From contig OX597815.1 in the NCBI GenBank assembly GCA_951406725.2, positions 32,674,001 to 32,738,000 on the forward strand: DNA of 64,000 bases, read 5' to 3'. The notes beneath the pieces were generated by a model. That model ran no database searches. It saw only the letters and a program-made list of their open reading frames with translations, and had not been told where the DNA came from. Every line of letters begins with the position of its first letter. Position 1 is the stretch's first letter. The DNA comes from Octopus vulgaris (taxonomy: Eukaryota). The position numbers and the translations under genes were made by a program. Positions 36,403 to 49,209 of the stretch are shown piece by piece.

Positions 36403-36988
36403 TAGGTGCAGGAGTGGTTGTGTGGTAAGTAGCTTGCTTACCAACCACATGGTTCTGGGTTCAGTCCCATTGCGTGGCAACTTGGGCAATTGTCTTCTAC
36501 TATAGCCTTGGGCTGACCAAAGCCTTGTGAGTGGATTTGGTAGACGGAAACTGAAAGAAGCCCGTCGTATATATGTATATGTATATACATGTGTGTGTGT
36601 TTGTCCCCACAACATTGCTTGACAACCGATGCTGATGTGTTTACATCCCCGTAACTTAGCAGTTCGGTAAAACAGATCAATAGAATAAGTACTAGGCTTA
36701 CAAAGAATAAGTCCTGGGGTTGATTTGCTCGACTAAAGGCGGTGCTCCAGCATGGCCACAGTCAAATTACTGAAACAAGTAAAAGAGTAAAAGAGAGTAA
36801 GAGTATATATATGTATGTATGTATGATGGTCTTCTTTCAGTTTCCATCTACCAAATTCACTCACAAGGCTTCGAGGCTTTGGTCGTCCTGGCGTTATAGT
36901 AGAAGATACTTACTCGAGGTACTGCACAATGATACTGAACCCATCATTGGGAAACTCACATTCTTAACCACACAGTCATGTCTGTGCC
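36403..36988. mobile_element. Family A SINE (36403-36800, plus) and a decayed inverted half copy (36830-36988)
   Basis: Alignment to family A. Confidence 0.85.
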
Positions 36989-37411
36989 TAAAATCTTATA
37001 AATTTGAACATTGTTTTATAAAAGGATAAGAAGACCAAGTGTTGAAATGGTAGCATCCTGTGTTTATGAATAGTACAGCAAATGAATAAAAACTAAATAA
37101 AAATAGCATATAAATATTTTAACTATGTGACCATATCCATAAAGCAACTGACATTCTTTAAGTGTCTAAGGAAGAGTTGAAGGTTAACAAAGAACACATA
37201 AGAATACATGGCGTTAACACATTAAAGAATGAAAGTAAATGGTACATACAGTCCTTCTGCATAGTTTCATGATGGAGCATTTCCTTTCTATTTTATATTT
37301 ATCTAATCTGGTAAATTTGAACATTGTTTTATAAAAAGAAAGACTACATATTATTCAAATGACAGTGTACAGTATTTATAGATAGTGTAGTGAGTATAAG
37401 TGCTGAATATA

Positions 37412-37925
37412 AGGCTGTGTGGTAAGAAGGCATTTTAGGCAACAGTCTTCTACAATGACTCCAGACTGACCACACCCTGTGAGTAGATTTGGTACATGTA
37501 AACTGAAAGAAGCCCATCATGTGTATGTGTGTTTATAGGCGCAGGAATGGCTGTATGGTAAGTAGCTTGTTTACCAACCACATGGTTCCAGGTTCAGTCC
37601 CACTGCGTGGCACCTTGGGCAAGTGTCTTCTACTATAGCCTCAGGCTGACCAAAGCCTTGTGAGTGGATTTGGTAAACGGAAACTGAAAGAAGCCCATCG
37701 TATATATGTATATATATGTATGTGCGTGTATGTTTGTCCCCCTAGCATTGCTTGACAACCGATGCTAGTGTGTTTACGTTGCCGTCACTTAGCGGTTCGG
37801 CAAAAGAAACCGATAGAATAAGTACTGGGCTTACAAAGAATAAGTCCCGGGGTCGAGTTGCTCGATTAAAGGCGGTGCTCCAGTATGGCCGCAGTCAAAT
37901 GACTGAAACAAGTAAAAGAGTAAAA
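37412..37925 (+). mobile_element. Family A fragment (37412-37518) and full copy (37537-37925)
   Basis: Alignment to family A. Confidence 0.88.
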
Positions 37926-37927
37926 CC

Positions 37928-38240
37928 ACCATCATCATTTAACATCCATCTTCCATGCATGCATGGGTAGGATGGTTGACAGGAGCCGGCGGCCAGGTAG
38001 AAAATCTACCCAAGGCTACTGTGTCTATTTTGGAAGGGATTTTACGGCTGGATGCCTTTCCTAACATCAACCACTCCACAGAGTGGACTCAATGCCTTTT
38101 ACGTGGCACTGGCACAGGTGAAGTTAGTTTTGGCAAGATCTTTACAGCTGGGTGCCCTTCCATATGCCGACCACATCACAGTGTAGACTGGATACTTTTA
38201 ATGTGACACCAGCACTAGTAGGGTAAACAAGTAACTCACA
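37928..38240 (-). mobile_element. Family B SINE-like
   Basis: ttccatgcatgcatggg...ggctggatgcctttcctaac. Confidence 0.75.
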
Positions 38241-38844
38241 AGACTATGAGAGGTGCAAGGCATTTGTGCCAGAAGATAAAAGTTAGAGTGTGACAAAGAG
38301 ACAGAGACAGAAGCAGGTGTCTTGCCACAACAGAGGGGGCAGTGATCCAGTATCAAATGATGAAAGGTTAGAATGTAACAGAGAAATAGGGAGGCAGAAA
38401 TAGGTGTCTTGCTATAGGGGAGGTACATGATTGTCCAGTGAAAGAGAGAGAGAGAGAGAAGAGTAAAGAAAGAGGCCAGAAACACACATGCTGATGTAAA
38501 GGTGATACTTGGATACCTAGTCAGAGGAAAAACAAGAGGAGAGAGAGTGTAGGAAACAGCAAAAGTGTAAGGAACAGCAGAAGAGAGATGGTGCGGTGTT
38601 AGTAACAAGAATGCGAGCATAGAACCTGGTTAGAAAAATAGGGAGTGGGTGTGGGTGGTGGCATGTGTGGGGAGCAGTGATACAGTGAGCACGGCAGTGA
38701 GGACAAGAATGGGGATTGGAAAACAATCATAATGTATGAGGAGGAAGAGAAAGATGCAATTAGAAGAGGAGTTGTAGTCTGATTTCTTAGGGTAGAGTGA
38801 ATAGACAGACAGACAGATAGATATAGATATATATAGATACATAC

Positions 38845-38899
<55 letters not shown>

Positions 38900-38901
38900 T
38901 A

Positions 38902-39435
38902 CAGGATGGCCCAAAAGTACGTTTACAGTTATTCAACTATCTCTTTCACATTCATATATTAATAGTTTAGATCTTAATTATAAAAATATGTGAAACCATT
39001 ATTCTACGCTAATTTAGTTAATTTTGTCAAGCTCTCTTTTCAGTTTGTAATTATTATTTTTTTTACAGGTGCTGTAAAGTGTGAGCCATGGCAAACAGTT
39101 TAAATCAAGAGTAAAGGAAGTGGATACTAAAGCAGTATTGGAAGTCTGAAAATGGGGACCAGGTGTGCACAGCATGGCAAGAAGCCTTTCACACTTCTCC
39201 ACCTTCATACCAGACAATTTATCGGATAAGAAATAAATTTGATACCACAAGTTCAATGAGTAATGCACTAAAATCTGGGTGACCTAAGACTTCTGTGACT
39301 AAAAAAAACAAGATGAAAAGTCCAAAGAAGTCTGTTTAAGATGTACATAAACAATATGATTTAAATGTAATAAAATGTTTTAAAAGAAATTTGAAGTGCC
39401 TACAGGATAACTAAGCCTACTTTTGGGCCACCCTG
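38902..39435. mobile_element. Tc1/mariner-type MITE
   Basis: TIRs CAGGATGGCCCAAAAGTA / tacttttgggccaccctg; TA TSD on both sides. Confidence 0.85.
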
Positions 39436-39440
39436 TATGT

Positions 39441-39690
39441 ATCATCAGTATCCTTGCTTTACAACCATTTCCTGTGCTGGTATGGGTTGGACAGCTTGAC
39501 AAGATCTGACAAGCCGTTCCAATATCAGCTGTAGCATGGTTTCTATGGCTGGATACCTTTCTTGTACTGCCTGCATTGGTGAGGTCACCAAGTAACTTGC
39601 TTGAGAGGATAAAAGCAGAAAAAACAAAATGACAGAGAAATAGCCACTTTCGACTAAATGGAGGAGGGAGTGGCTTTATGCCAGGTGTCG
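39441..39690 (-). mobile_element. Family B SINE-like, decayed
   Basis: tatgggttggacag...ttctatggctggatacc. Confidence 0.6.
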
Positions 39691-39924
39691 ACTGATACAC
39701 ACACACACACACATGCACACACACATTATGTTAACCCAGTTTTATGCACTGTCCATCTTATAAACTTTGGGTATTTTGATTTGTCTTGGAAGAATTCCTT
39801 TGTCCGTGTATTTATGCGTGTGTGTGTGTATACATACACACACACACACTTATATACACATCTATGTATGTATGTATGTATGTATGTATGTATGTATGTA
39901 TGTATGTATGTATGTATATGTGTA

Positions 39925-40172
39925 AAGTTGCATGACCTAGTGGTTAGGCTGCTGCACTCATGATTGCTAGATCATGGGTTCAATTCCCTGATTGGGCAGC
40001 ATGTTGTGTTCTTAAGCAGAACACTTTGTTTCACATTGCTCCAGTCCCCCTTTTGATCAGTGGGGATTGTTGACCTGTTTGTCTACCCAGCAGGGTGGCA
40101 TTATTTGAAGGCTAAAATAATGCAAAACACATTGTAACCAGCGATAGCCTGGTCAGTCATGTGATCACTTGA
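39925..40172 (+). mobile_element. SINE with family D head and tail 2
   Basis: tagtggttagg head, ttcttaagcagaacact core, tail shared with 25908-26028. Confidence 0.75.
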
Positions 40173-40243
40173 TTTATATATATATATATACACATACATA
40201 TATATATATATATATACAAACATATATATATATATATATATAT

Positions 40244-40775
40244 ATCATCATCATCATCGTCATTCAACGTCCGCTTTCCATGCTAGCATGGGTTGGACGA
40301 TTTGACTGAGGGCTGGCGAACCAGATGGCTGCACCAGTCTCCAATCTTGATCTGGCAGCATTTCTACAGCTGGATGCCCTTCCTAACGCCAACCACTCTG
40401 AGAGTGTAGTGGGTGCTTTTACGTGACACCGGCACAGGAGCCAGTCAGGCAGTACTGGCAACAACCTCACTCAAATGTTTTTACAAGTGCCAGTAAGGCA
40501 ATGCTGGTAATCATGCTTGAATGGTGTCTTTTATGTGCCACCGGCATGGAAGCCAGTTAGCCACTCTGGCAATGATCACACTCGAATGGTGCTCTTAGCA
40601 TCCTACTAGCACGGGGCACAAGTGCCAGTAAGGTGATACTGGTAATCATCACACTCGAATGGTGCCTTTTATGTGCCACTGGCACAGAAGCCGGTTAGCT
40701 GCTCTGTCAACGATCACACTCGTATGGTGCTCTTTGCACCTCGCTAGCACGGATGCCAGTCATTGAATTTGATTA
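40244..40775 (-). mobile_element. Family B SINE-like with an expanded internal tandem array
   Basis: Several imperfect 45-65-bp units (gtgcttttatgtgccac..ggcac..gcca) across 40410-40760. Confidence 0.9.
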
Positions 40776-40792
40776 TATCTATATATATTATA

Positions 40793-40837
<45 letters not shown>

Positions 40838-41654
40838 ATGGTTGTAGTCAAATCAAATGATGGAAACAAATAAAAGAATGAAAGAATGCATACACACACA
40901 CACATACAAACGCAATATCATTACACACATGCACAATATATATTTACACATGTGGGTTTTTGTAACATATATGCATGTGTGTGTGTGTGTGTTTGTGTGC
41001 TTGTGTGTGTGTTGATGATATGCTGATCTATGACTGATGGTAATGAGCTAACATCTTTGCATTGACATTACTCTGGAAATAATCTCTGATTTTGCTATTT
41101 CTAGTTATTTTCGATATTTTGGATTATTTTGATGAAGTGAGACAGCTATGCAAACATATCTCTTTGTGTTTCATGCAGGACGTAGTTATCAGACTGATGC
41201 CAGCATTTATTGAGAAGATAATAAGGAAGGAAGCTGAGTAAGTGTGTTGTGCGAGATATTTTCGGTTTCAGGAAAAGTTTTGAAAATAAAAAAAAAATGA
41301 TTTATTTGGAAGGAGTATAAACAAGGAGGGGTGGACAGAGAAAGAAATAAAATAAATGACAGACATGAAGGTAAATAGGATGATAACAGTAGAAGGAGTA
41401 ATACTGGCCTCATAGCTAATAATAGTAATGATGATGTAAATAATGATGATGATGACAACGATGATGATGATGATGACAATGATGATGATGTCAAAGTGGC
41501 GGTGGCGGTGGCAGAGGAGGTAGAGGAGGAGGAGGAGGAGAGTACTGACATTACAGGCTTGCTGAAATATAGACTTTTCTTCTGAAAAACTGATCTAGTT
41601 ATACATAAAAATTGGTCTTGTGTGTGTGTGTGTGTGTATATATATATAGCCTCC

Positions 41655-41842
41655 TGTGGCCCCTGTGCTGGTGGCATGTAAAAAGCACCCATTACACTCA
41701 CGGAGTGTAATGGGAGTGGTTGGTGTTAGGAAGGGCATCCAGTTGTAGAAACACTGCCAGATCAGACTGGAGCCTGGCGCAGCCTCCTGGCTTCCCAGAC
41801 CCTGGCTGAACAGTTCAACCCATGCTAGCATGTAAAACGGAT
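41655..41842 (+). mobile_element. Family B SINE-like
   Basis: aaaagcaccc..ttaggaagggcatccag..cccatgctagcatg. Confidence 0.85.
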
Positions 41843-42527
41843 CCACATGCATGCATACACACACATTCATATACACATATACACACAAATATGCATGAAT
41901 GCTGGTATTCATGTATGTCTGTATAAATGTGTCTCTCAGTGTTTGTGTCTTCTCTTGTCAGAATTTTGTTTGCTCACAGCATAAAACCAAGATCACCATC
42001 CATACAAACAGTGTTATTGACTACAATCCACCACAAAAACATGTCTGGCCATTGAACTGTTACATGTTCAATGGACTATAGTAAATATTCCTTTACTTGG
42101 AAAGAAGTGAGGGGAAAAGCATCTATCCATAGAAAATCTGCTTTTGATATACAGAATTCATATACAAGACTTAAACCCCACCACCTTCACCAAAAAATAC
42201 AAATTTTATATCTCTTGAAACTTAGTGCCACAGCCACAATCATGCATTCACCATTCTTTGAATTCTTTAAAATGAGAAACACTAAAAAAGAAAAAAGAAT
42301 AACAACAACTAAATACAAAAAAAAGGAAACAATAAATGATATTGAGTAAGTTATTTGTTAAAATGGTTTGGTAAGCCTGCCACACCGTTGTTTGAACTTC
42401 TGGCGGAAAATGTCAACTATCCACAAGCGATGTCTGATATTTCAGTGTGAAAGGGAGAGAGGAAGATGGAAGGGGGTGAGGTGGTGTTGGTGGTGTTGAT
42501 GGCAGCAGCAGCAGCAGCAGCAGTAGC

Positions 42528-42564
<37 letters not shown>

Positions 42565-43021
42565 ATGGTGAAGTTAATATTTAGTGTCTTCCAAATAATG
42601 CCTGTCTTGCAGAATGTCATGAGGAATTCATAGTGCAGCAAGTATTACCACCACCACTGCCCACATCACCATCATGCTCCCCACCACCACCACCACCACC
42701 ACCATTACTTCTCCCATCTATATCGTCATCATCATCATCATCATCATCACTGTTGTCATCACTAATGTCATCACGGTTGTCATCATGGTCATAGTTGCCA
42801 GTGTTGTGGCAATTGTCATCGACATTCTTGTCATTCCAGTCATTGTGAAGGGTATCATGAAACAGTTAATATAGACAAGGAAATAGAGATGGGTGGGCCT
42901 CACATTTCTATGTTCAAATCCTATTGGGATCTGATTGGGGTACTTGCTTGTTTTGGTTTTCTTTTATTTTTCTTTGTATTTTTTTAAACCTAGCTTTGTT
43001 GCTTTTCTCAAAAATGAATAT

Positions 43022-43184
43022 GGGCGCAGGAGTGGCTGTGTGGTAAGTAGCTTGCTTACCAACCACATGGTTCCAGGTTCAGTCCCACTGTGTGGCACCT
43101 TGGGCAAGTGTCTTCTACTGTAGCCTTGGGCTGACCAAAACCTTGTGAGTAGATTCAGTAAATGGAAACTGAAAGAAGCCCGTC

Positions 43185-43240
<56 letters not shown>

Positions 43241-43456
43241 TTGTGTGTCTGTGTTTGTCCCCCCAACATCATTTGACAACCAATGCTGGTGTGTTTACGT
43301 CCCTGTAACTTAGCAGTTCGGCAAGAAAGACCGATAGGATAAGTACTAGGCTTACAAAGAATAAGTCCTGAGGTCGATTTGCTCGACTAAAGGTGGTGCT
43401 CCAGCATGGCCACAGTCAAATGACTGAAACAAGTAAAAGAAAGAAAGAAAGAAAGA
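43022..43456 (+). mobile_element. Family A SINE
   Basis: Full alignment, (GAAA)n tail. Confidence 0.9.
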
Positions 43457-43653
43457 ATAAAATAAATGCCAATCATTTACTGGAGCTGCATCAACCAGTT
43501 ACATCTGGTTACTTTTGTCTGAGAACAATCTAGATTTGGCCTGAATCATCCTCAATATATTACTGATATGCATTTTATATTTCCTTGATAAATAAAGGAC
43601 AGAATTTGACTCCTTATCGTAATATCTCTAATATCCTTTTTCGATATTTTGTA

Positions 43654-43763
43654 CCACCACTGCCACCACCATCCCCACTGCCACCACCATCCCCACTGCC
43701 ACCACCATCCCCACTTCCACCACCATCCCCACTGCCACCACCATCCCCACTGCCACCACCACC
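43654..43763. repeat. 18-bp minisatellite (ccaccaccatccccactg) x~5.5
   Basis: Visible tandem units. Confidence 0.9.
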
Positions 43764-44051
43764 ACGAACACCATTACCATCACTAACATCACCATCATGA
43801 GAAAACATCCACTTTTCCATGCTTGTATGAATGCTATAAAGCGATAAGATACACAGCAAAATGACTGTTTGGTTAAGTATGACTTTGTAAACTATTGCTT
43901 CTGCTTTCAGTCTCACTGTATAGTTCCTTGCTCAGGTGTTTTCTACCAAAGCCTCATGGTTGACCTGTTATTGTCTTGTGAGACAGAAACTGCACAGAAA
44001 CCTATTGTATATGTATGATTATGCATATATCTTTCCCTTTTGTATATTAAT

Positions 44052-44164
44052 GTGGAGGTGCATGGCTTAGTGGTTAGGGTGTCAGCACCATGATTGTAAG
44101 ATTGTGGTTTCGATTCCTGGACCGGGTGAGGCGTTGTGTTCTTGAGCAAAACACTTCTTTTCAC
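44052..44164 (+). mobile_element. Family D SINE head
   Basis: gtggaggtgcatggcttagtggttagggtg...cttgagcaaaacact. Confidence 0.85.
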
Positions 44165-44169
44165 CAATG

Positions 44170-44940
44170 TGTCAAAGCTTCTATAAAAATGGGCAAATGA
44201 ACTAAAAGTGAAAACATTAAATTAAATACCAGAGAATTAAACCAGAACTAACTATATAAATACTTGGGAGTAAATTAGAAACAAAAAAGGAAATTAGAAA
44301 AGAATATTATGGAAGAGACAGGCTAAACTCAACTCAATACTAGGAATACAACAGCAAGTATAAAAGTGCAAGCCATCCCAGTTATAAACATTAATTTTAA
44401 CTTAGCAATTTAGAAGTCAAGTGTATTGAAATGCTTAAACAAAACAATGGTCCCCAGGAAACTACTGTCAATGATTCAAAGCCACCTCACAATTAAAGCT
44501 GATAAAGAGAAAATATATGTACCCATCCACTAGGAGTACAGAGTTTGATACAAGCTGAAAATCATTATGAAATAACAACAGCAGAACCAGAAAATACTTA
44601 GAAGCAAGCAAAGGGAAGCTGGTAAGTAATAAATGGAAGCTGATAAGTGTTTGAGGGAAGCTGGTAAGTGTTAAAGGGAAGCTGGTAAGTGTTGGAGAGA
44701 AACATGAAAACTTTTCTCTGTATGTAAGGAAGTGATAAAGTACAAACTGGAAACTAACTTACAGTGAGGAAAGAAATTTAGAAGACAAACTAACAGAAAA
44801 GGTTAAAAAGAAACAAAAAAAAAATCAAAATGAAATTCCAGAACACACCAAAGCAAAACTGGAGAGAGAAAAAAAAGCCACTTCATGACCAATAACTCAC
44901 AAGATTTAATAGAGAAGAAGTAAGCTTAATTGAAAGCCAA
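44170..44940 (+). mobile_element. Heavily decayed LINE RT fragment, probably R4/Dong-like
   Basis: YKYLGV at about 44254 and AIPVI downstream; many stops; contains a 21-bp x4 tandem at 44612-44695. Confidence 0.5.
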
Positions 44941-44944
44941 CGAT

Positions 44945-45168
44945 GGTTCCTTTTGAGTGGGATGGGCTACTTGACCTGAAGAAAATTCTAACTGGACCCT
45001 ACTTGCAAGGTCATATGCTGTTTATCTTGATATGGGATCACCATGTCATGCACATTCCTGGTGTACCTTTATCAGATGGATAGTCATATGGATATATTGT
45101 ACCCCAGTGTCACTTTGATGGCATGCACTGCTCTCTCACTCAATAATAATAATAATAATAATAATAAT
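44945..45168 (+). mobile_element. Family F repeat, 3' part with (AAT)n tail
   Basis: Matches 26900-27060 and 21828-21880. Confidence 0.85.
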
Positions 45169-45385
45169 TCTTTCTTTGAGCAAAAAGGCCTGTAATTTTT
45201 ACAGAGGGCTCATTGACTACCTCAACCCCAGTGCTTGACTGGGGCTTATTTTATCAATCCTCAAAAGGATTGAAAGCAACATCTACCTCATTGGAATTTG
45301 AAATGAGAACACAAACAGCCAGAAGAAATGTTGCCAAGCATTTTGCCTGACATACTAATGTTTCTTCCAGCACACCACCTTAATG

Positions 45386-45418
<33 letters not shown>

Positions 45419-45759
45419 CTGATGATGATGATGCTGTTTCTATAATAGGCACAAGGCCTGAAATATGTGGAGAGGGGCAAGTACTACCAATTCTTACTGC
45501 GTTAATAATAATAATTATTTCTGTAGGAAAAAGGCCTGTAATTTTAACAGAGGGCTGGTTGACTACGTCAAGACCAGTACTTAACTGGTACTTAATTTAT
45601 CGACCCCCGAAAGGATGAAAGGCAAAGTTGACCTGAGTAGAATTTGAACTCAGAACAAAAAGACGGGTGAAATGTCATTAAAGCATTTTGTATGGCATGC
45701 TAACAATTCTGCTAGCTCTCCACCTAATAATAATAATCTTTTCACTATAGGTACAAAAG

Positions 45760-46022
45760 TGGAAGCGTGTGGCTTAGTGGTTAGGGTGTCAGCACCATGA
45801 TCGTAAGATTGTGGTTTCGATTCCTGGGCCGGGCGACATGTTGGGTTCTTGAGCAAAACATTTCATTTCACATTGCTCCAGTCCACTCAGCTGGCAAAAA
45901 TGAGTAACGCTGCGATGGACTGGCGTCCCATCCAGCTGGAGAACACATACACCATAGAAACTGGGAAACCGGGCCCATGAGCATGGTTAGGCTTTAAAAG
46001 AGCGCAAGAAAAAAAATAAAGA
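45760..46022 (+). mobile_element. Family D SINE with tail 1, 13-bp TSD
   Basis: TSD ataggtacaaaag at 45747-45759 and 46023-46035. Confidence 0.92.
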
Positions 46023-46633
46023 ATAGGTACAAAAGCCTGAAATTTTGTGAGAAGAGGACAGTCAATTACACTGACCTTAGTGTCTGACTGGTACTTATTT
46101 TATTGACCCCAAATGGATGAAAAGCAAAGAAAGTAATAATGATGATGATGATGGTTCCTTTATTTGCAACAAGGACAAGAACTGAGGGGAGAATTACAAA
46201 AACTATTGATATGAATAATTATTCATAGTGTAGTCACAAGGCTACAAATTTATGAAGAGATTGTTAGTTGATTAAATTCACTCCAGTACATGTTTTGTAT
46301 CAAATATTACTGAACCCAAAAGATGCAAGGCAAAGTTGATGCCAGTGGGACGTAAAGCAAACATAAAGAACTGTAACTAAATATTATAAGGCATTTTTTC
46401 AGACATTTTCACAATTTTGTTAATTCAGTACACTAATTACCTCAATAATAATGATAATAATAATAATTGCTTCTAATGCAATAATGATTATAATTGTTTC
46501 TAATTTAGGCACAAGGCCAGCAATTTTGAGGGAAAAGGGCTATTACATCAGCTCAGTATTTGACTTGTACTTCATTTTATCATTAACCCTGAAAGGATGA
46601 AAGACAAAGTCAACCTTAATAGAATTTCAACAC

Positions 46634-46811
46634 AGGCATAGGAGTGGTTGTGTGGTAAGTAGCTTGCTTATGAACCACATGGTTCTGGGTTCAGTCCCAC
46701 TGTGTGGCACCTTGGGAAAGTGTCTTCTACTATAGCCTCGGCCTGACCAAAGCCTTGTGAGTGGATTTGGTAAATGGAAACTGAAAGAAGCCTGTCGTAT
46801 ACATGTGTATG

Positions 46812-46899
<88 letters not shown>

Positions 46900-47123
46900 T
46901 GTGTGTATATGTATTTGTGTGTCTGTGTTTGTCCCCCCAACATCGCTTGACAACCGATGCTGGTGTGTTTACGTCACTGTAACTTAGCAGTTTGGCAAAA
47001 GACCGATAGAATAAGTACTAGGCTTACAAAGAATAAGTCCTGGGGTTGATTTGCTTGAGTAAATGCAGTGCTCCAGCATGGCCACAGTCAAATGACTGAA
47101 ACAAATAAAAGAGAGTAAGAGAG
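46634..47123 (+). mobile_element. Family A SINE inside a family C copy
   Basis: Family C sequence breaks at gaatttcaacacag and resumes at cagaatata. Confidence 0.88.
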
Positions 47124-48102
47124 TACAGAATATATAGAGCTAGAAGAAGTGCTACTATGTATTTTGTCTAAAGTGCTAACAACTCTGTCAGTATGCTACC
47201 TCAATAACGACAATATTAATTCTTTCTCAGATGGAGTGCTGGCAAAATTGTTAGAATGCCAGGCAAAATGCTTAGTGGTATTTCGTCTGTATTTATGTTC
47301 TGAGTTCAATTTCTACCATTACCTTTCATCCTTTTGGGGTTGATTAAACAAGTACCATCTGGGCACTGAGATCAATCTAATTGACTTAGCCTTGTGCTAA
47401 AATTTGAAACAAATATTAATTCTTTCTAAACTTTGGTACAATGCCAGCAGTTTTGAGGGTAGGGGAAAGCCAATTACATTATCCTAACTGGTATTTATTT
47501 TATCAACCCTGAAAGGATGATAATGAGGCAAAATTGACCTCAGCAGAATTTGAACTCAGAACATAAAGGGCCGAAAGAAATGTTGCCATACATTTTATTT
47601 AATGTGTTAATGATTCTGCCTGTTCATCAGGTTAAATAATAATTGTTTCAAATTTTGGCACAAGGCCAGCAATTTTATGGGAGTGGGTAAATTGATTATA
47701 TTGACTCCAGAGTTCAGCTGGTACCTAATTTATTTACCCTGAAAAGATGAAAGGCAAAGTTGACCTCAGTAGAATTTAAACTCAGAACATAAAGACTGAT
47801 CAAACGCCACAAAGCATTTTGCCTGGCATACTACTGATTCGGCTGGCTCGCTGCCTTCATCAGCTTAAATAATAGTGGTTTCAAATTTTTGTTACAAGGC
47901 CTGCAATTTTTGGTGGGGAAAGGGGTTAGTCAATTACATCGACTCCAGTGTTCAACCATTACTTATTTTATAGACACAGAAAAACGAGGTGCAAAGTCGA
48001 CAAGAATGGAATTTGAATTCCAAACATAAAGAGCCAGAAGAAATGCTGCTAATTATTTTGTCCAACATGCTAACAATTCTGTCAGCTCACCATCTTAATA
48101 AT

Positions 48103-48104
<2 letters not shown>

Positions 48105-48135
<31 letters not shown>

Positions 48136-48421
48136 TTAGCGTCCGCTTTCCATGCTAGCATGAGTTGGACGGTTCAACTGGGGTCTGTGAAGCCAGAAGG
48201 CTGCATCAGGCCCAGTCTGATCTGGCAGTGTTTCTACGGCTGGATGCCCTTCCTAACGCCAACCACTCTGTGAGTGTAGTGGGTGCTTTTTACGTGCCAC
48301 CCGCACAGGTGCCAGACGGAGCTGGCAAACAGCCACGGACGGATGGTGCTTTTTACGTGCCACCGGCACGGGGGCCAGGCGAGGCTGGCAACGGCCACGA
48401 TCGGATGGTGCTTTTTACGTG
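48105..48421 (-). mobile_element. Family B SINE-like
   Basis: (CAT)n, core and 2-3 tandem units. Confidence 0.88.
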
Positions 48422-49169
48422 ATAATAATAATTCTTTGTACTTGAGGCAAAAGGCCTGGTATTTTGGGAGGCCTGGTATTTGATTACATTGATCCCAGTA
48501 CTCGACTGTTACTTATTTTATTGACAATGAAAAAATAAAAGGCAAAGTTAACTTTAGTGGAATTTGAATTCAGAATCTAAGGAGACAGAAGAAATTCTGC
48601 TAAGCATTTTGTCCAACGTGCTTGCAATTCTACCAGCTCACCACCTTAATAGTAATAATCAGAAATGTTAGCACGCTGAGCGAAATGCTTAGCAGTATTT
48701 CGTCTGCCGCTACGTTCTGAGATCAAATTCTGCCGAGGTTGACTTTGCCTTTCATCCTTTCGGGTGTCGATCAAATAAGTACCAGTTATGCACTGGGGTC
48801 GATATAATCGACTTAATCTGTTTGTCTGTCCTTGTTTGTCCTCTCTGTGTATGGCCCCTTGTGGGTAGTAAAGAAATAGGTAATAATCATACAATAAAAA
48901 TAATCAAACTGAAACTTGGAAGATTTGTGAAAAATGTGTTGCAATGCAACTAACTAATAGCAACATTCTTGTTAGTAGTTGAAGCACTATTGTTAGTCAA
49001 AGCTAATATGGGTGTATCCAGAAACAAAACATATTTTATTTACTAAAATGTGAGAAATTATATCATTTAGTCAGTTCTCATTAGTGTGGAAAATTTCTAT
49101 CCTTCATTAAACAATAGGTCTAAATCATTATTATGCATTGTGTTGTAAGTAAAAGTTTCATGACATGAG

Positions 49170-49209
<40 letters not shown>

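Larger units (their letters stand above)
45169..48880. mobile_element. Nest of about 11-12 family C SINE copies with A, B and D insertions
   Basis: Repeated ggatgaaaggcaaagt..gaatttgaactcag cores separated by short (AAT)n. Confidence 0.85.

Noticed and set aside
40410-40760. Repeat-spacer appearance suggesting CRISPR
   Set aside because: Imperfect tandem units inside a eukaryotic retroposon; no unique spacers or cas genes.
41182-41199. TAGTTATCAGACTGATG resembles vertebrate miR-21
   Set aside because: Deletion in the seed, no complementary arm nearby, and miR-21 is not expected in this lineage; treated as chance.
43585-43916. Extensin-like (PPPSPL)n ORF
   Set aside because: 18-bp minisatellite open on both strands; no gene context.
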